Shown: positions 27,605 to 38,248, counted from the first letter of the stretch. The stretch: 64,000 nt of DNA from Candidatus Saccharicenans sp. (GCA_029907135.1 JARYMJ010000002.1:10897-74896), one strand, 5' to 3'. A program made the numbers and translations. Notes: generated from the letters alone by a model not told the origin.

Positions 27605-29092
27605 TTATCTTCTCTGACCGCGGGAATAGACAGCCACCAGGCAGTTATCTTTAACAAAATACTTGGTGGCCACCTTTTTCACATCCTCCGCGGTCACCTT
27701 CTTCAGGTCTTCCAGGTCGGTCAGAAGCGAGCGCCAGCCGCGGTTGAGCTCGGCCCGGCCGACCCTCATCGCCAGGAACATCGGCGATTCCAGTCCGCGG
27801 ATGAACCTGGCCTCGGCCCGATTCTTGGCCTTCTGCAGCTCGGCCGCCGTTACCCCATCTTTCTTGATTTTATCTATCTCTTCCCAGACGTGCTTTTCCA
27901 GGTCTTCCGGTTTAACGCCCTTCTGCACCTTGGGAATTATATTAAAGGTAAAAGCTCCCACATACCACTGAGGCCTGGCCATAGCCATCGCCCTGATGGC
28001 CACATCTTTTTCCTGCACTAGAACCCTGGTCAACCGGCCGGTCTCCCCCGACAGGATGGCCGACAGGATATTCAGAGCTGGCACCTCGGGGTCTCCCTCC
28101 GGCGGTATGTGGAACCACATCTGCAGGTTGGGCATACCCGGCCCCTCACCGTACATCGTCTTGTGCGAATACTGGGGCGGGACTCCGGTCCTGATGGGCT
28201 CGACATCCTGGCCGCGGGGCACCGGGCCAAAATATTTTTCCGCCAGCTTGATGATTTCTTCCGGCTGGAAATCACCCACATAAATGGCCACGGCGTTGTT
28301 GGGGACATAATACCGGTTGTGGAACTCAATCATATCTTTCTTGGTCATCTTTTTCAGGTCATCCATCCAGCCGATAACCTGCCAATGATAGGGGGAAGCA
28401 ACATAGAACGCGGCCCGGACCTGTTCGTTGAAGTAGAAACCGGGACTGTTTTCGCTGAGCCGCCGTTCCTCCATGACCACATCTTTTTCAGAATAGAATT
28501 CCCGGAAATAGGCGTTCATCATCCGGTCTGCTTCCAGCAGCATCTGGAGTTCCACCTTGTTCGAAGGCAGGGTGACGTAATAACCGGTGACTTCATCAGA
28601 GGTGGAAGCGTTGAGGCCGGTCCCGCCGTTTTTCATGTAGGTTTCCCAGAGATGGTCTTTGATGATGTATTTCTTTTCGGCCTGGACCAGCTCCTCCACC
28701 TGTTTCTGCCATTCAGCAATCTTCTGCTGATCACCATCCCGCTTCCAGAATTTTTCCCGGTAAATCTTTTCCATAAGCTCGTCAATCTGCCGGTTGAGCG
28801 CATCGTCGGCGGCAAAATCGGTCACCCCCATCATCCTGGTCCCCTTGAACATCATGTGTTCATGGACATGGGCGATGCCGGTAATGCCGGGACGTTCGTT
28901 GATAGAGCCTACCTTGTAATAGATGTGGCAGACTACCCGGGGAACGCCGGGCTTGGGAATCATCAGAATCTTCAGCCCGTTGGCCAGGACATGCTCCTTG
29001 ACTTCCAGCTTAATCTGGGCCGTAGCCATTGAGCCCAGCGCCAGAAGAAGGAAGCAGCCGAGCCAGAGAACCGCAATTTTTCTGAGGTTCAT
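27605..29092 (-). CDS. M16-family zinc metallopeptidase (catalytic subunit), secreted.
   Basis: Signal peptide. Inverzincin motif HVHEH (GIAHVHEHMMFKGT) with a downstream Glu. It lies 11 nt upstream of its partner gene. Confidence 0.85.
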   Translation of the reverse strand: MNLRKIAVLWLGCFLLLALGSMATAQIKLEVKEHVLANGLKILMIPKPGVPRVVCHIYYKVGSINERPGITGIAHVHEHMMFKGTRMMGVTDFAADDALNRQIDELMEKIYREKFWKRDGDQQKIAEWQKQVEELVQAEKKYIIKDHLWETYMKNGGTGLNASTSDEVTGYYVTLPSNKVELQMLLEADRMMNAYFREFYSEKDVVMEERRLSENSPGFYFNEQVRAAFYVASPYHWQVIGWMDDLKKMTKKDMIEFHNRYYVPNNAVAIYVGDFQPEEIIKLAEKYFGPVPRGQDVEPIRTGVPPQYSHKTMYGEGPGMPNLQMWFHIPPEGDPEVPALNILSAILSGETGRLTRVLVQEKDVAIRAMAMARPQWYVGAFTFNIIPKVQKGVKPEDLEKHVWEEIDKIKKDGVTAAELQKAKNRAEARFIRGLESPMFLAMRVGRAELNRGWRSLLTDLEDLKKVTAEDVKKVATKYFVKDNCLVAVYSRGQRR

Positions 29093-29291
29093 GCCTTCAC
29101 CTCCTCCTTGAAAGGAAAATTATGGCCATAACCAGTTAATCAAAAAGCACTTCAAAAAAATAAGATTCAACCTTTATTAGGGACGAAAAAAGACCTTTTC
29201 TCTTCCCTTTTTTTGGCTCCTTCTGGTGGCCTATTTCTTATTTATTCTTTATCTTTTTTCTTGTCAAATGAAATCAACATCAGTATTATTC

Positions 29292-29306
29292 ATCACTTAA
29301 AGTGAT
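29292..29306. promoter_or_regulatory. Perfect 15-bp palindrome ATCACTT-A-AAGTGAT between the AT-rich promoter region and the RBS of the amino-acid permease gene. It is a candidate operator.
   Basis: Read directly. It lies 25 nt upstream of the ATG at 29331. Confidence 0.35.
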
Positions 29307-29330
29307 TTTGGCTGTCCAAGGAGATAGCAG

Positions 29331-30722
29331 ATGAATCTCTGGGCCAAGAAAAGACCTGAAGAACTGCAGGAAGCCTCGGAACACACCCAGCTTCGGAAAA
29401 GTTTAAGAGCCGTGGACCTGGCCGCCCTGGGCATTGGTTCGGTGGTGGGCACGGGCATATTCGTGGCCACCGGCCAGGGAGCCCACCTGGCTGGCCCCGG
29501 CGTGCTGCTGTCGTTCATCATAGCGGCTATCACCGCCGGGCTGTGTGCCCTCACCTACTCCGAGCTGGCCAGCATGTTTCCCGTGGCTGGTAGCACCTAT
29601 TCCTATTCTTACGCTGCCTTCGGCGAGGTCATCGCCTGGATAATTGGCTGGGACCTGATGCTGGAATACCTGGTCTCGGCCAGCGCGGTGGCCTCGGGCT
29701 GGTCAACCACTTTCATCGGGCTGCTGGAAAACCTGGGATTAAAGCTGCCCAAAGCCCTTTGCCTGACTCCCCTGGCCGGGGGAATTGTTGACCTACCGGC
29801 TATCCTGATTACCCTGCTGATTACCTGGATACTTTACCTGGGAATCAGAGAGAGCTCGATTACCAACAATATAATCGTGGTGCTCAAGGTAGCGGTCATA
29901 GTTCTGTTCATCGTGCTGGGTATAAGACATGTTAACCTTAGCAACCTGACGCCCTTTGCCCCGTTCGGCTGGAAAGGAATAATGGCCGGAGCGGCTATCA
30001 TCTTTTTTGCTTACATCGGCTTTGATGCTGTTTCCACCGCGGCCGAGGAAACCATCAATCCCAAAAAAGATGTCCCGCTCGGACTGATGCTCTGCCTGGC
30101 GGTGGTTATAGTGCTCTATGTGGGCGTAGCCTTCGTCCTGACCGGGCTGGTGCCCTTTAAGGAGATTGACGTGGGCAACGCCCTGCCGGCTGCCCTGGCC
30201 CGGATAGGCATCCGCTGGGGCGGGGCGCTGGTAGCTACCGGCGGGATTATCGGGATGATTTCTACCCTGCTGATAACTGTCTATGGCCAGGTCCGGATTT
30301 TCATGGTCATGGCCAGGGACGGGCTGCTGCCTGAGGTCTTCTCCAGAGTTCATCCCAAACATCGCACCCCGGCCATCTGCACCTGGATTACCGGGGCCTT
30401 GACCGCCCTGATTGCCGGGTTCTTCCCCCTTGGGATTATCATCGAGCTGTGCAATATCGGGACCCTGTTTGCTTTCATCCTGGTGTCGGTCGGAGTGATT
30501 GTCCTGCGCCACACCCAGCCCCAGGTAGAAAGAAGGTTCAGGACGCCGCTGGTGCCGTTTACCCCGCTCATTACTATCGGTTTCTGCTTGTATCTCATGG
30601 CCAGCTTGCCGCCCCTGACCTGGCTAAGGTTCAGCGCCTGGCTGGGAGTTGGACTACTGATTTACTTTGCTTACGGTATCAGACACTCCCGGATGCAGAA
30701 ACGTTATCTGTCGGCCCGGTAA
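29331..30722 (+). CDS. APC-superfamily amino-acid permease (cationic amino acid transporter-like).
   Basis: 12 TM segments. APC-family N-terminal motif (LGIGSVVGTGIFVATG). Confidence 0.85.
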   Translation: MNLWAKKRPEELQEASEHTQLRKSLRAVDLAALGIGSVVGTGIFVATGQGAHLAGPGVLLSFIIAAITAGLCALTYSELASMFPVAGSTYSYSYAAFGEVIAWIIGWDLMLEYLVSASAVASGWSTTFIGLLENLGLKLPKALCLTPLAGGIVDLPAILITLLITWILYLGIRESSITNNIIVVLKVAVIVLFIVLGIRHVNLSNLTPFAPFGWKGIMAGAAIIFFAYIGFDAVSTAAEETINPKKDVPLGLMLCLAVVIVLYVGVAFVLTGLVPFKEIDVGNALPAALARIGIRWGGALVATGGIIGMISTLLITVYGQVRIFMVMARDGLLPEVFSRVHPKHRTPAICTWITGALTALIAGFFPLGIIIELCNIGTLFAFILVSVGVIVLRHTQPQVERRFRTPLVPFTPLITIGFCLYLMASLPPLTWLRFSAWLGVGLLIYFAYGIRHSRMQKRYLSAR

Positions 30723-31096
30723 GGCTGTCGAGCCCGTCAGGAAAACTCAGTTCAAAGGCACTTGTTCTCTGGCCCGGCAGTATCTGGTTTTTAGCCTCCT
30801 TCCCCGTTCTTGCCCTTTATTTCAATTTCATATTCATAGTCGCCGTCCATTCGCTGTGAATGCCTTATTGGCCTGCAGGGAGAAAGAATTTTAACCGTCC
30901 AGGATTTGCCTGGCTTATTTTCCCCGATTCTGGCCAGGTTTTGGCCCGGTCTAACAGCCGGACTAAGCTGGTTAGCAGATTGAAGGAAGACTCCGCCAGA
31001 AGTGGATCAAATAGCTGGTGAGCTGAATCTTAAAAATTATATCTATTTGATATTAAAGAAATTAAACTTCTTCGGGACTACCCTTCCTGGCTTGAT

Positions 31097-31125
31097 TTGA
31101 CAGGCCGATACAAGCTTTGTATATT
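31097..31125 (+). promoter_or_regulatory. Near-consensus sigma70 promoter (TTGACA-17 nt-TATATT) driving the radical SAM gene.
   Basis: The -35 at 31097-31102 matches 6/6. The spacer is 17 nt. The -10 at 31120-31125 matches 5/6. It is 93 nt upstream of the ATG, and a GGAGGG RBS precedes the start. Confidence 0.5.
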
Positions 31126-31218
31126 ATTTTTATACTACAAGCGTGGGTAGGGTATTGGCTCACTAAATAACCAGATTATTAAGCCTTTTTCTCCTTTAAT
31201 TGAGAGAAGGAGGGCGAA

Positions 31219-32724
31219 ATGGTTAATGAGCAACAGAAGACTTACCGTCGGCGAGAGGCCCGAGCCTCCAGGCTGAGAAGGATTGCTAGATTTATTCCCG
31301 TGCTTAGGACCATCAAGCCCGCGGCCTATTTTCTGGCCAACTCCTGGGAAAAGAAACTCAGGAAAAATACGGCTATAGCCATCGGCCGAGGGAATAAACC
31401 ACCGGGCGCAGTCCGGGACCGGGCAGAAATGGGCATAGCCATTCTCCGGACTATCACCCGGGCCATCATTGAAGACAGGTTGTCTCCCCAAACCTTGCAG
31501 AAACTCCTGAATGTCCTGATTGGCGATGCCATCATCAGGGAAGGAGAAATCCCGATAAGGGAAAGATTCCGCCAGCAGTTCGGCACGACACCGCCTGGAT
31601 TCTTACTCATCAGCCCGACCAAGAAGTGCAATCTGTATTGTACCGGCTGCTATGCCGATTCTGACCGGACGGATATGAAACTCTCCTGGCCAGTGCTCGA
31701 CCGCCTGGTTGCTGAATCTAAGGAGCTGTGGGGAGCCCGGTTTACGGTCATCAGCGGCGGCGAACCATTGCTCTATGAAGATGAAGGCCACGACCTGATG
31801 GACCTGGTGGAAAAGCACAACGATTGCTTTTTCCTGATGTACACCAACGGCACCCTCATCGATGACCAGATGGCCAGGAGAATGGCCCGCACCGGAAATA
31901 TTATGCCGGCTATTTCAGTCGAAGGCCTGAGAGAAACCACAGAAAAGAGGCGGGGCCGCGGCGTCTTTGACCGCATCCTGGCCGCCTTCGAGAACCTGAG
32001 AAGAGAAAATGTTTTCTATGGCATTTCTCTGACCATTACCAAGGACAACGCTGAGGAAGTCTTTTCCGATGAAGTCATGGATTTCTACTTCAACCAGCAA
32101 GGAGTCCATTTTGCCTGGGCCTTTCAATACATGCCCATCGGCCGGGCTTTCACCCTGGACCTGCTTCCCACCCCGGAACAGCGGCTGCGGATGTACCGCC
32201 GGTCCTGGCAGTTAGTTTACGAGAAACACCTGTTCCTGATCGATTTCTGGAATAGCGGTACGGCCACCCATGGCTGCATCTCAGCCGGCCGGTCGGGTGG
32301 CTACATGGTGGTCAACTGGGACGGCACGGTTACCCCCTGCGTTTTTGTGCCCTACTCGCCGGTCAACATCTATGAAATCTACAATCAGGGTAAAAACCTG
32401 AATGACGTTTGGGCTCATCTCTTCTTCGTCGACCTCAGGCAATGGCAGCGGGATTATGGCTACGGCAAGGACCTGAACTTAGAGGGACCGGTCAAGAATT
32501 GGATCAGGCCCTGTCCGATGCGCGATCACTTTGAAGACCTGTATCCGCTGCTACAAAAACACCGGCCTCGCCCCATAGACGACAACGCGGCCGAAGCCCT
32601 GAAAGACCCTGAATATTACCAGGGGCTGGTGGAATATGACCGGAAAGTGGCCGCCCTCCTCGACCCCATCTGGGAAGAAAAGTACCTCAAAGGTGCTAAC
32701 GGCTCAGGGTCAACAGCCGGATAA
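31219..32724 (+). CDS. Radical SAM enzyme with a C-terminal SPASM/twitch-type auxiliary cluster region and an about 135-aa basic N-terminal extension.
   Basis: CxxxCxxC motif (CNLYCTGCY). SAM-binding GGEPLL. SPASM-like region (GCISAGRSGGYMVVNWDGTVTPCVF plus downstream Cys). Confidence 0.8.
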   Translation: MVNEQQKTYRRREARASRLRRIARFIPVLRTIKPAAYFLANSWEKKLRKNTAIAIGRGNKPPGAVRDRAEMGIAILRTITRAIIEDRLSPQTLQKLLNVLIGDAIIREGEIPIRERFRQQFGTTPPGFLLISPTKKCNLYCTGCYADSDRTDMKLSWPVLDRLVAESKELWGARFTVISGGEPLLYEDEGHDLMDLVEKHNDCFFLMYTNGTLIDDQMARRMARTGNIMPAISVEGLRETTEKRRGRGVFDRILAAFENLRRENVFYGISLTITKDNAEEVFSDEVMDFYFNQQGVHFAWAFQYMPIGRAFTLDLLPTPEQRLRMYRRSWQLVYEKHLFLIDFWNSGTATHGCISAGRSGGYMVVNWDGTVTPCVFVPYSPVNIYEIYNQGKNLNDVWAHLFFVDLRQWQRDYGYGKDLNLEGPVKNWIRPCPMRDHFEDLYPLLQKHRPRPIDDNAAEALKDPEYYQGLVEYDRKVAALLDPIWEEKYLKGANGSGSTAG

Positions 32725-32918
32725 CCGCCTAAATCGCGGCTAAAGCCAATCGAAGGCCACAGCAAAAAATAAAAGAAAACCAGCTCTCTCGGCAGCCGAA
32801 ATCAGCTGCTCTCAGGCAAGGGACAGCCGGCTTCTATTGAAACCGCTATCTGGATATTAAGGTTCTTCCCCCGGACCATCCTATTGACAGCGCCAGGAAT
32901 TGGCTTGGTAACGACTGT

Positions 32919-34034
32919 CTACAGGTATTCGGGCCCTTCCCGCTTCAGCTTCTCCACCACTTCCCGGACCTTCTGGTCCTGGTCCCGGCGGCAGACCAGC
33001 AGGGCGTCTCCGGCATTGACCACAATCAGGTTTTCCACCCCGATTAGAGCCGTCAGCTTTCCCGGGTTGAAGACCAGGCAATTTCTGGCCTCCAGAGACA
33101 TCACCCGTCCGCGGGCCACATGGCAATCCTCGTCTTCGGGGAGATAATCATAAAGAGCGCTCCAGGAACCCAGGTCCGACCAGCCAAAATCACCCGGGCT
33201 CATCAGCGAGCCATAGATTTTTTCAATCAGAGCATAATCAATCGACAGCGAGGGTATCTCCAGGAAGATGCGGCGGACTTCCCGGCGGTCGTTTTTTCTG
33301 AGAGCCGGCAGGAGCTTGATCCAGGCCGAGAACAGCTCCGGGGCATAATCGCGCAGGCTTTCGGCAAAAGTATCAGCCCGCCACAGAAAAATGCCGCTGT
33401 TCCAGTAGTATTCCCCCGACTGGATAAACTCCAGGGCTGTCGGCAGGTCGGGTTTTTCCCGGAACCCGCGGACCTGGTAGAATTCTTCCCCGTCAATTTC
33501 CTGGCGTCCTTCCCGGGTTACGTGAATATAGCCGTAGGCAGTGGAGGGAGTCGCCGGGGGGATGCCAAACATCACGATTTTTTTGAACTTCCGGGCGGCC
33601 TCGGCCGCCAGGATTAGTTTTCTCCTGAAATCCCGGACATCCTTGATGAAATGGTCCGCCGGCAGGGCAATAATCACGGCTTCCGGGTTTTTAAGATACA
33701 TGGTGGCGGTAGCCAGCAGCAGCGAAGGCGCGGTGTTTCGGGCTTCCGGCTCCACCAGAAAATTCTTTTCGGGCAACCGGGGCAGCAAACGTCTCAAGAT
33801 TCTGGTCTGTCCAGACACGGCTATGGTGTAAATCCTGGAGGGCGGGATGAGGCCCTGGAGCCGGTTGACTGTTTCTTCTATCAGAGATTTTTCGCTGATA
33901 ATATTAAGGTATTGCTTTGGATTCTGCTGCCGGCTGAGCGGCCAGAACCGGGTGCCGCTGCCGCCGGCCAGAACGATCACTCTCAAGTCAAGTTTACCCT
34001 GGCCGTTTTTCCTGGCTGATTTTTTCTTGGCCAC
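32919..34034 (-). CDS. Mannose-1-phosphate guanylyltransferase (NTP-transferase domain only, without an isomerase domain).
   Basis: Nucleotidyltransferase motif (VIVLAGGSGTRFWPLS). 371 aa. Confidence 0.8.
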   Translation of the reverse strand: MAKKKSARKNGQGKLDLRVIVLAGGSGTRFWPLSRQQNPKQYLNIISEKSLIEETVNRLQGLIPPSRIYTIAVSGQTRILRRLLPRLPEKNFLVEPEARNTAPSLLLATATMYLKNPEAVIIALPADHFIKDVRDFRRKLILAAEAARKFKKIVMFGIPPATPSTAYGYIHVTREGRQEIDGEEFYQVRGFREKPDLPTALEFIQSGEYYWNSGIFLWRADTFAESLRDYAPELFSAWIKLLPALRKNDRREVRRIFLEIPSLSIDYALIEKIYGSLMSPGDFGWSDLGSWSALYDYLPEDEDCHVARGRVMSLEARNCLVFNPGKLTALIGVENLIVVNAGDALLVCRRDQDQKVREVVEKLKREGPEYL

Positions 34035-34066
34035 GACCGTTTCACTCCTGGCTTAAATTTTTCCGG

Positions 34067-35449
34067 CTATTTATTGTTAAGCTGTTTTATAACCTCTTCC
34101 ATCACGCCCCGGACCTCGGCCTGGATTCGGGCCAGGTCTTCCGGGGTGGAGGCTTCAAAACGCAGCACCAGCACCGGCTGCGTGTTGGAAGCCCGGAGCA
34201 GACCCCAGCCTCGGTCGAAGAGAGCCCGGACTCCATCGATATCTATGATCTGCTTGACCCCGGGGTGATGACTGAGGGCCTCCTTCACTCTTTCCACGAT
34301 CTTAAATTTGACTTCATCGGAAGCGTAGATGCGGATTTCCGGAGTGTTATAGGTTTTCGGCAGGTCGGACAGCAGTTCAGACAGTTTTCGCCTGGAGCGG
34401 GAAATTATTTCCAGCAGCCGGGCCGAAGCATAGATGGCGTCATCAAAGCCGAACCAGCGGTCGGCAAAAAAGATGTGCCCGCTCATTTCCCCGGCCAGCA
34501 GGGCCTTTTCCTCTTTTATTTTTTTCTTGATCAGCGAGTGGCCGGTCTTCCACATTATCGGCCGGCCTCCTAGGCGGCTGATTTCATCATACAGGACCTG
34601 GGAAGCTTTGACCTCGGAGATAACCGCTGCCCCCGGATGCCTGGCCAGGAGGTCGCGGGCGAAGATGATCATAAGCTGGTCGCCCCAGATAATCCGCCCG
34701 GCATCGTCCACCGCCCCGAGGCGGTCGGCATCGCCGTCGTAGGCAATTCCCAGTTCAGCCCCGCTATCTTTGACCGTGGCAATTAAATCCTTCAGGGCCT
34801 CGGGCAGGGTCGGGTCCGGATGGTGGTTGGGGAAGCGGCCGTCCATGTCAGTATAAAGCTCAACCACCTCGGCCCCCAGGCGCCGGAAAAGCGGCACCGC
34901 CACCGGCCCGGCCGTGCCGTTGCCGGCATCGACCACCACCTTGACCGGCCGCTCCAGCTTGACCTGCCCGGCCACGTAATCGAGGTAGTCCGGAACCGGG
35001 TTGTAAGAAGTGCTCTCCCCCGGGACCTCGGGCTGGATGAAATCCCTTTCCCGGATGAGGCGGTAAAGGTCCTGGATGCCGGGCCCGTAGAGAGTTTCCT
35101 CGCCAATCATGACCTTGAAGCCATTAAAATCGGGCGGATTATGGGACCCGGTAATCATCACTGCCGCCTCTTTCTTTTTATAAAAAACTGAAAAATACAC
35201 CAGCGAGGTCGGGATTACTCCCAGGTCGACCACCCGGCAGCCGGAGCCGAGCAGGCCGGCCCTCAGCCCCTCGGCCAGCTCGGGCGAACTCAGGCGGCAA
35301 TCACGGCCGACAGCCACTTCTGTTTTACCGCCCCGGCGGGCCTGGGTGGCCACGGCCCGACCGATGAGGCTGGCCAGTTCCGGGGTCAGGTCCTGGCCCA
35401 CCACCCCCCTGATGTCGTATTCGCGGAATATTTCCGGCTTGATTTCCAT
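34067..35449 (-). CDS. Phosphomannomutase/phosphoglucomutase (alpha-D-phosphohexomutase).
   Basis: Active-site Ser loop (ITGSHNPPDFNGFK). Mg-binding loop (DGDADR). Confidence 0.85.
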   Translation of the reverse strand: MEIKPEIFREYDIRGVVGQDLTPELASLIGRAVATQARRGGKTEVAVGRDCRLSSPELAEGLRAGLLGSGCRVVDLGVIPTSLVYFSVFYKKKEAAVMITGSHNPPDFNGFKVMIGEETLYGPGIQDLYRLIRERDFIQPEVPGESTSYNPVPDYLDYVAGQVKLERPVKVVVDAGNGTAGPVAVPLFRRLGAEVVELYTDMDGRFPNHHPDPTLPEALKDLIATVKDSGAELGIAYDGDADRLGAVDDAGRIIWGDQLMIIFARDLLARHPGAAVISEVKASQVLYDEISRLGGRPIMWKTGHSLIKKKIKEEKALLAGEMSGHIFFADRWFGFDDAIYASARLLEIISRSRRKLSELLSDLPKTYNTPEIRIYASDEVKFKIVERVKEALSHHPGVKQIIDIDGVRALFDRGWGLLRASNTQPVLVLRFEASTPEDLARIQAEVRGVMEEVIKQLNNK

Positions 35450-35488
35450 CCACTCCTCCGGTCTTTATACAGATAGCTTAATATAGAT

Positions 35489-36064
35489 TCACAGGTTTTG
35501 TGAACTGCTTTTTATTTGGCTGGCTCTTTCCCGGAGCGAGGTCCACCGGCCCTGGGCTTTGAGAATAAACTCTATGACTTCCCGGACCGCGCCCCGACCG
35601 CCAGGCTGACGGCAGAGATACCTGGCCGTCTTTTTTATAGCCGGGTGAGCGTCGGCCACGGCCGCCGGAAACCCGACTGCCCGCGTCACTTCCAGGTCAC
35701 CCGGGTCATCACCGATAAAAGCCACCTGTTCCAGTCGGAGCTGATGGCGTTCGGCAATTTCCAGAAGAACCTTTTTCTTGTCAATAATGCCCTGGTGCAA
35801 CTCATCGAGGCCGAGGCGAGCGGCCCTGATTTCCAGCGCTTGAGAAGTCTTCCCGGTGATGATCCCCAGCTTGAGCCCGGCCAGCTGAGCCAGGAAGATA
35901 CCAAGGCCATCCTGGACATGGTAGCCCTTGATTTCCTGGCCGTCCGGCAGCACATACAGGGTGCCATCAGTCAGGGTCCCGTCCACGTCCATCAGGATCA
36001 AGGCTACTTTCCTGGCGCGAGCGCCCTGGAGGTGATTCCGGAGCCTTTTAAGAGAATCGAGCAT
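35489..36064 (-). CDS. kdsC: HAD-family KDO-8-phosphate phosphatase (KdsC-like).
   Basis: HAD motif I (LILMDVDGTLTDG). KdsC-like size (191 aa) and downstream motifs (GDDPGDL). Confidence 0.7.
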   Translation of the reverse strand: MLDSLKRLRNHLQGARARKVALILMDVDGTLTDGTLYVLPDGQEIKGYHVQDGLGIFLAQLAGLKLGIITGKTSQALEIRAARLGLDELHQGIIDKKKVLLEIAERHQLRLEQVAFIGDDPGDLEVTRAVGFPAAVADAHPAIKKTARYLCRQPGGRGAVREVIEFILKAQGRWTSLRERASQIKSSSQNL

Positions 36065-36126
36065 TTATCTATTTCTTTTATTATCAAGTATTTATATTCA
36101 TATCGATCTATAGCAACATAATTTTT

Positions 36127-37728
36127 TTATCGCTGCTTCCTGAAGCGATAAGCAGCTTTGATGAAAGAGCTGAACAGTGGATGTGGCTCCAGCGGCCGGG
36201 ATTTGAATTCTGGATGGAACTGGCAACCAAGGAACCAGGGGTGTCTCTTCAATTCTATTATTTCCACCAGGCCGTGCTCCGGATTCCTGCCGGAGATAAC
36301 CAGGCCGGCTGCCGCCAGGCGTTGTTCGTAGTCGGGGTTGAACTCGTAGCGGTGCCGGTGGCGTTCGCTTATCGTCGTTTTTTTGTATACGGAGTAAGCC
36401 AGCGTGCCTTTTTTCAGGTCACAGGCATAAGCGCCCAGCCTCATGGTGCCGCCCAGGTCAGATTCTTTCCGCAGTAGCCGCCACAGCCGAAAAATTTTAT
36501 GCGGGGCACTTTCATCAAATTCCTCGCTGTGGGCCCCTTTGAGACCGGCCACGTTCCGGGCGAACTCCACCGTGGCACACTGCATACCCAGGCAGATACC
36601 GAAGAATGGCAGGCCCTTTTCCCGGGCGTACTGGATAGCCTTGATCTTCCCTTCCACCCCGCGCTGGCCAAAACCTCCTGGCACCAGCAGTCCGTCCTTG
36701 TTTCTAAGAATCTTGGAGGGCTGGCCGCGCTCGAGGTCCTCAGCTTCAATCCAGTCGATGTTGACCCGAAGCCGGTTGGCCAGGCCCCCGTGGTCGAGAG
36801 CCTGGTAAAGGCTTAGGTAAGAATCATGCAGGCCGATGTACTTGCCGACCATGGCGATGGTGACTTCGCCTTCGGGCTGGTGCCGGCGGCGGGCCAGCTC
36901 CTGCCAGCGACTTAGGTCGGGTTCCCTGGACTGAAGCCCCAGCTTTTTCAGGATGATACGGTCCAGGGATTCAGCCGCGAAATTTAGCGGGATATCGTAG
37001 ATAGAAGGAGCGTCGACGGCCGTGACCACCGCTTCCAACGGCACGTTGGTGAACAGAGCAATCTTGCCCTTAATGTCCGGCGGTAGTTCCCGCTCGCTGC
37101 GGCAGAGCAGAATATCGGGCTGGATACCGATGGCCCGGAGTTCCTTTACGCTGTGCTGGGTGGGCTTGGTCTTAAGCTCGCCCGAAGTCCCGACAAACGG
37201 CACCAGCGTCAGGTGAATGAACAGGGTATTCTCGCTGCCGAGCGACAGCCGCATCTGCCTGATGGCCTCCAGAAAGGGCTGGCTTTCGATGTCGCCGACG
37301 GTCCCGCCGATCTCCACTATAACAATGTCGTTATTGCTGGAAACAGAATAAAAGGCATTCTTGATCTCGTCGGTCACGTGGGGGATGACCTGGACCGTCT
37401 TTCCCAAGTAATCTCCACGGCGTTCCTTCCGAATTATGGACTCATAAATCTTGCCGGCCGTCCAGTTATGGAGCCGGCTGGTCCTGGTGGAAGTAAAGCG
37501 TTCGTAATGCCCCAGGTCGAGGTCCGTTTCGGCCCCGTCGTCGGTGACGTAAACCTCGCCGTGCTGGAAAGGACTCATGGTCCCGGGGTCAACGTTCAGG
37601 TAGGGGTCGAATTTCTGCAAGGTGATCTTGTAACCGTGGGATTCCAGAAGCAGTCCGATGGAGGCGGCGGCAATTCCTTTACCCAGCCCGGAAATAACTC
37701 CACCGGTTACAAAAATAAATTTACTCAT
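36127..37728 (-). CDS. pyrG: CTP synthase.
   Basis: N-terminal synthetase motif ([20 protein letters not shown]). C-terminal glutamine amidotransferase (GICLGMQ). 533 aa. Confidence 0.95.
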   Translation of the reverse strand: MSKFIFVTGGVISGLGKGIAAASIGLLLESHGYKITLQKFDPYLNVDPGTMSPFQHGEVYVTDDGAETDLDLGHYERFTSTRTSRLHNWTAGKIYESIIRKERRGDYLGKTVQVIPHVTDEIKNAFYSVSSNNDIVIVEIGGTVGDIESQPFLEAIRQMRLSLGSENTLFIHLTLVPFVGTSGELKTKPTQHSVKELRAIGIQPDILLCRSERELPPDIKGKIALFTNVPLEAVVTAVDAPSIYDIPLNFAAESLDRIILKKLGLQSREPDLSRWQELARRRHQPEGEVTIAMVGKYIGLHDSYLSLYQALDHGGLANRLRVNIDWIEAEDLERGQPSKILRNKDGLLVPGGFGQRGVEGKIKAIQYAREKGLPFFGICLGMQCATVEFARNVAGLKGAHSEEFDESAPHKIFRLWRLLRKESDLGGTMRLGAYACDLKKGTLAYSVYKKTTISERHRHRYEFNPDYEQRLAAAGLVISGRNPEHGLVEIIELKRHPWFLGCQFHPEFKSRPLEPHPLFSSFIKAAYRFRKQR

Positions 37729-38215
37729 CGGTCTCTTCTTTCGGTCTTGACTTGAATAAGATTATAAAACTAATGTGGCCATGGCTCAACCGCAACTTCT
37801 TAAAAATTTATTAAGCTCATAATGAGGAAAAATTCAAATTTGAAAGCAGGGCTACTCTTTCCTGGGAAGCTCGCTGGAATCACTGGCTAACTTTTAGAGA
37901 GCAGGTAAGATGGCCAAAGCTCGGTCTGAGCAGGAAGGGGCAGGGCTTCCAGTTTTTCTTATTTTTTGTTTTTTCCCAGTTTTTGCGGGTCAATAAAATA
38001 ATTAATGCTCACCAGGAGCAGACAGCGCTTTGCTTGTTGGTTTTGCACAGGGGTGTCCAATCGGGATTATCGGTATCTGTCTGAAATAACTTTAATTACC
38101 GCTCTAGTAATGCAATATTCGGGGTTGGGTTCTAAGGTTGTGATCCTCTCAATATTATTAGCCTCCAGCGAAATCTCCTAAGCCCTTTATTGTTTTAAAA
38201 TTGTTTGAAAGTATT

Positions 38216-38248
38216 GTCTTTCTATCACGTTCTATCACTCTATCACAG
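38216..38248. repeat. Three direct copies of (T)CTATCAC at 9-10-bp spacing.
   Basis: Read directly: ttTCTATCACgtTCTATCACtCTATCACagg. Confidence 0.5.
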
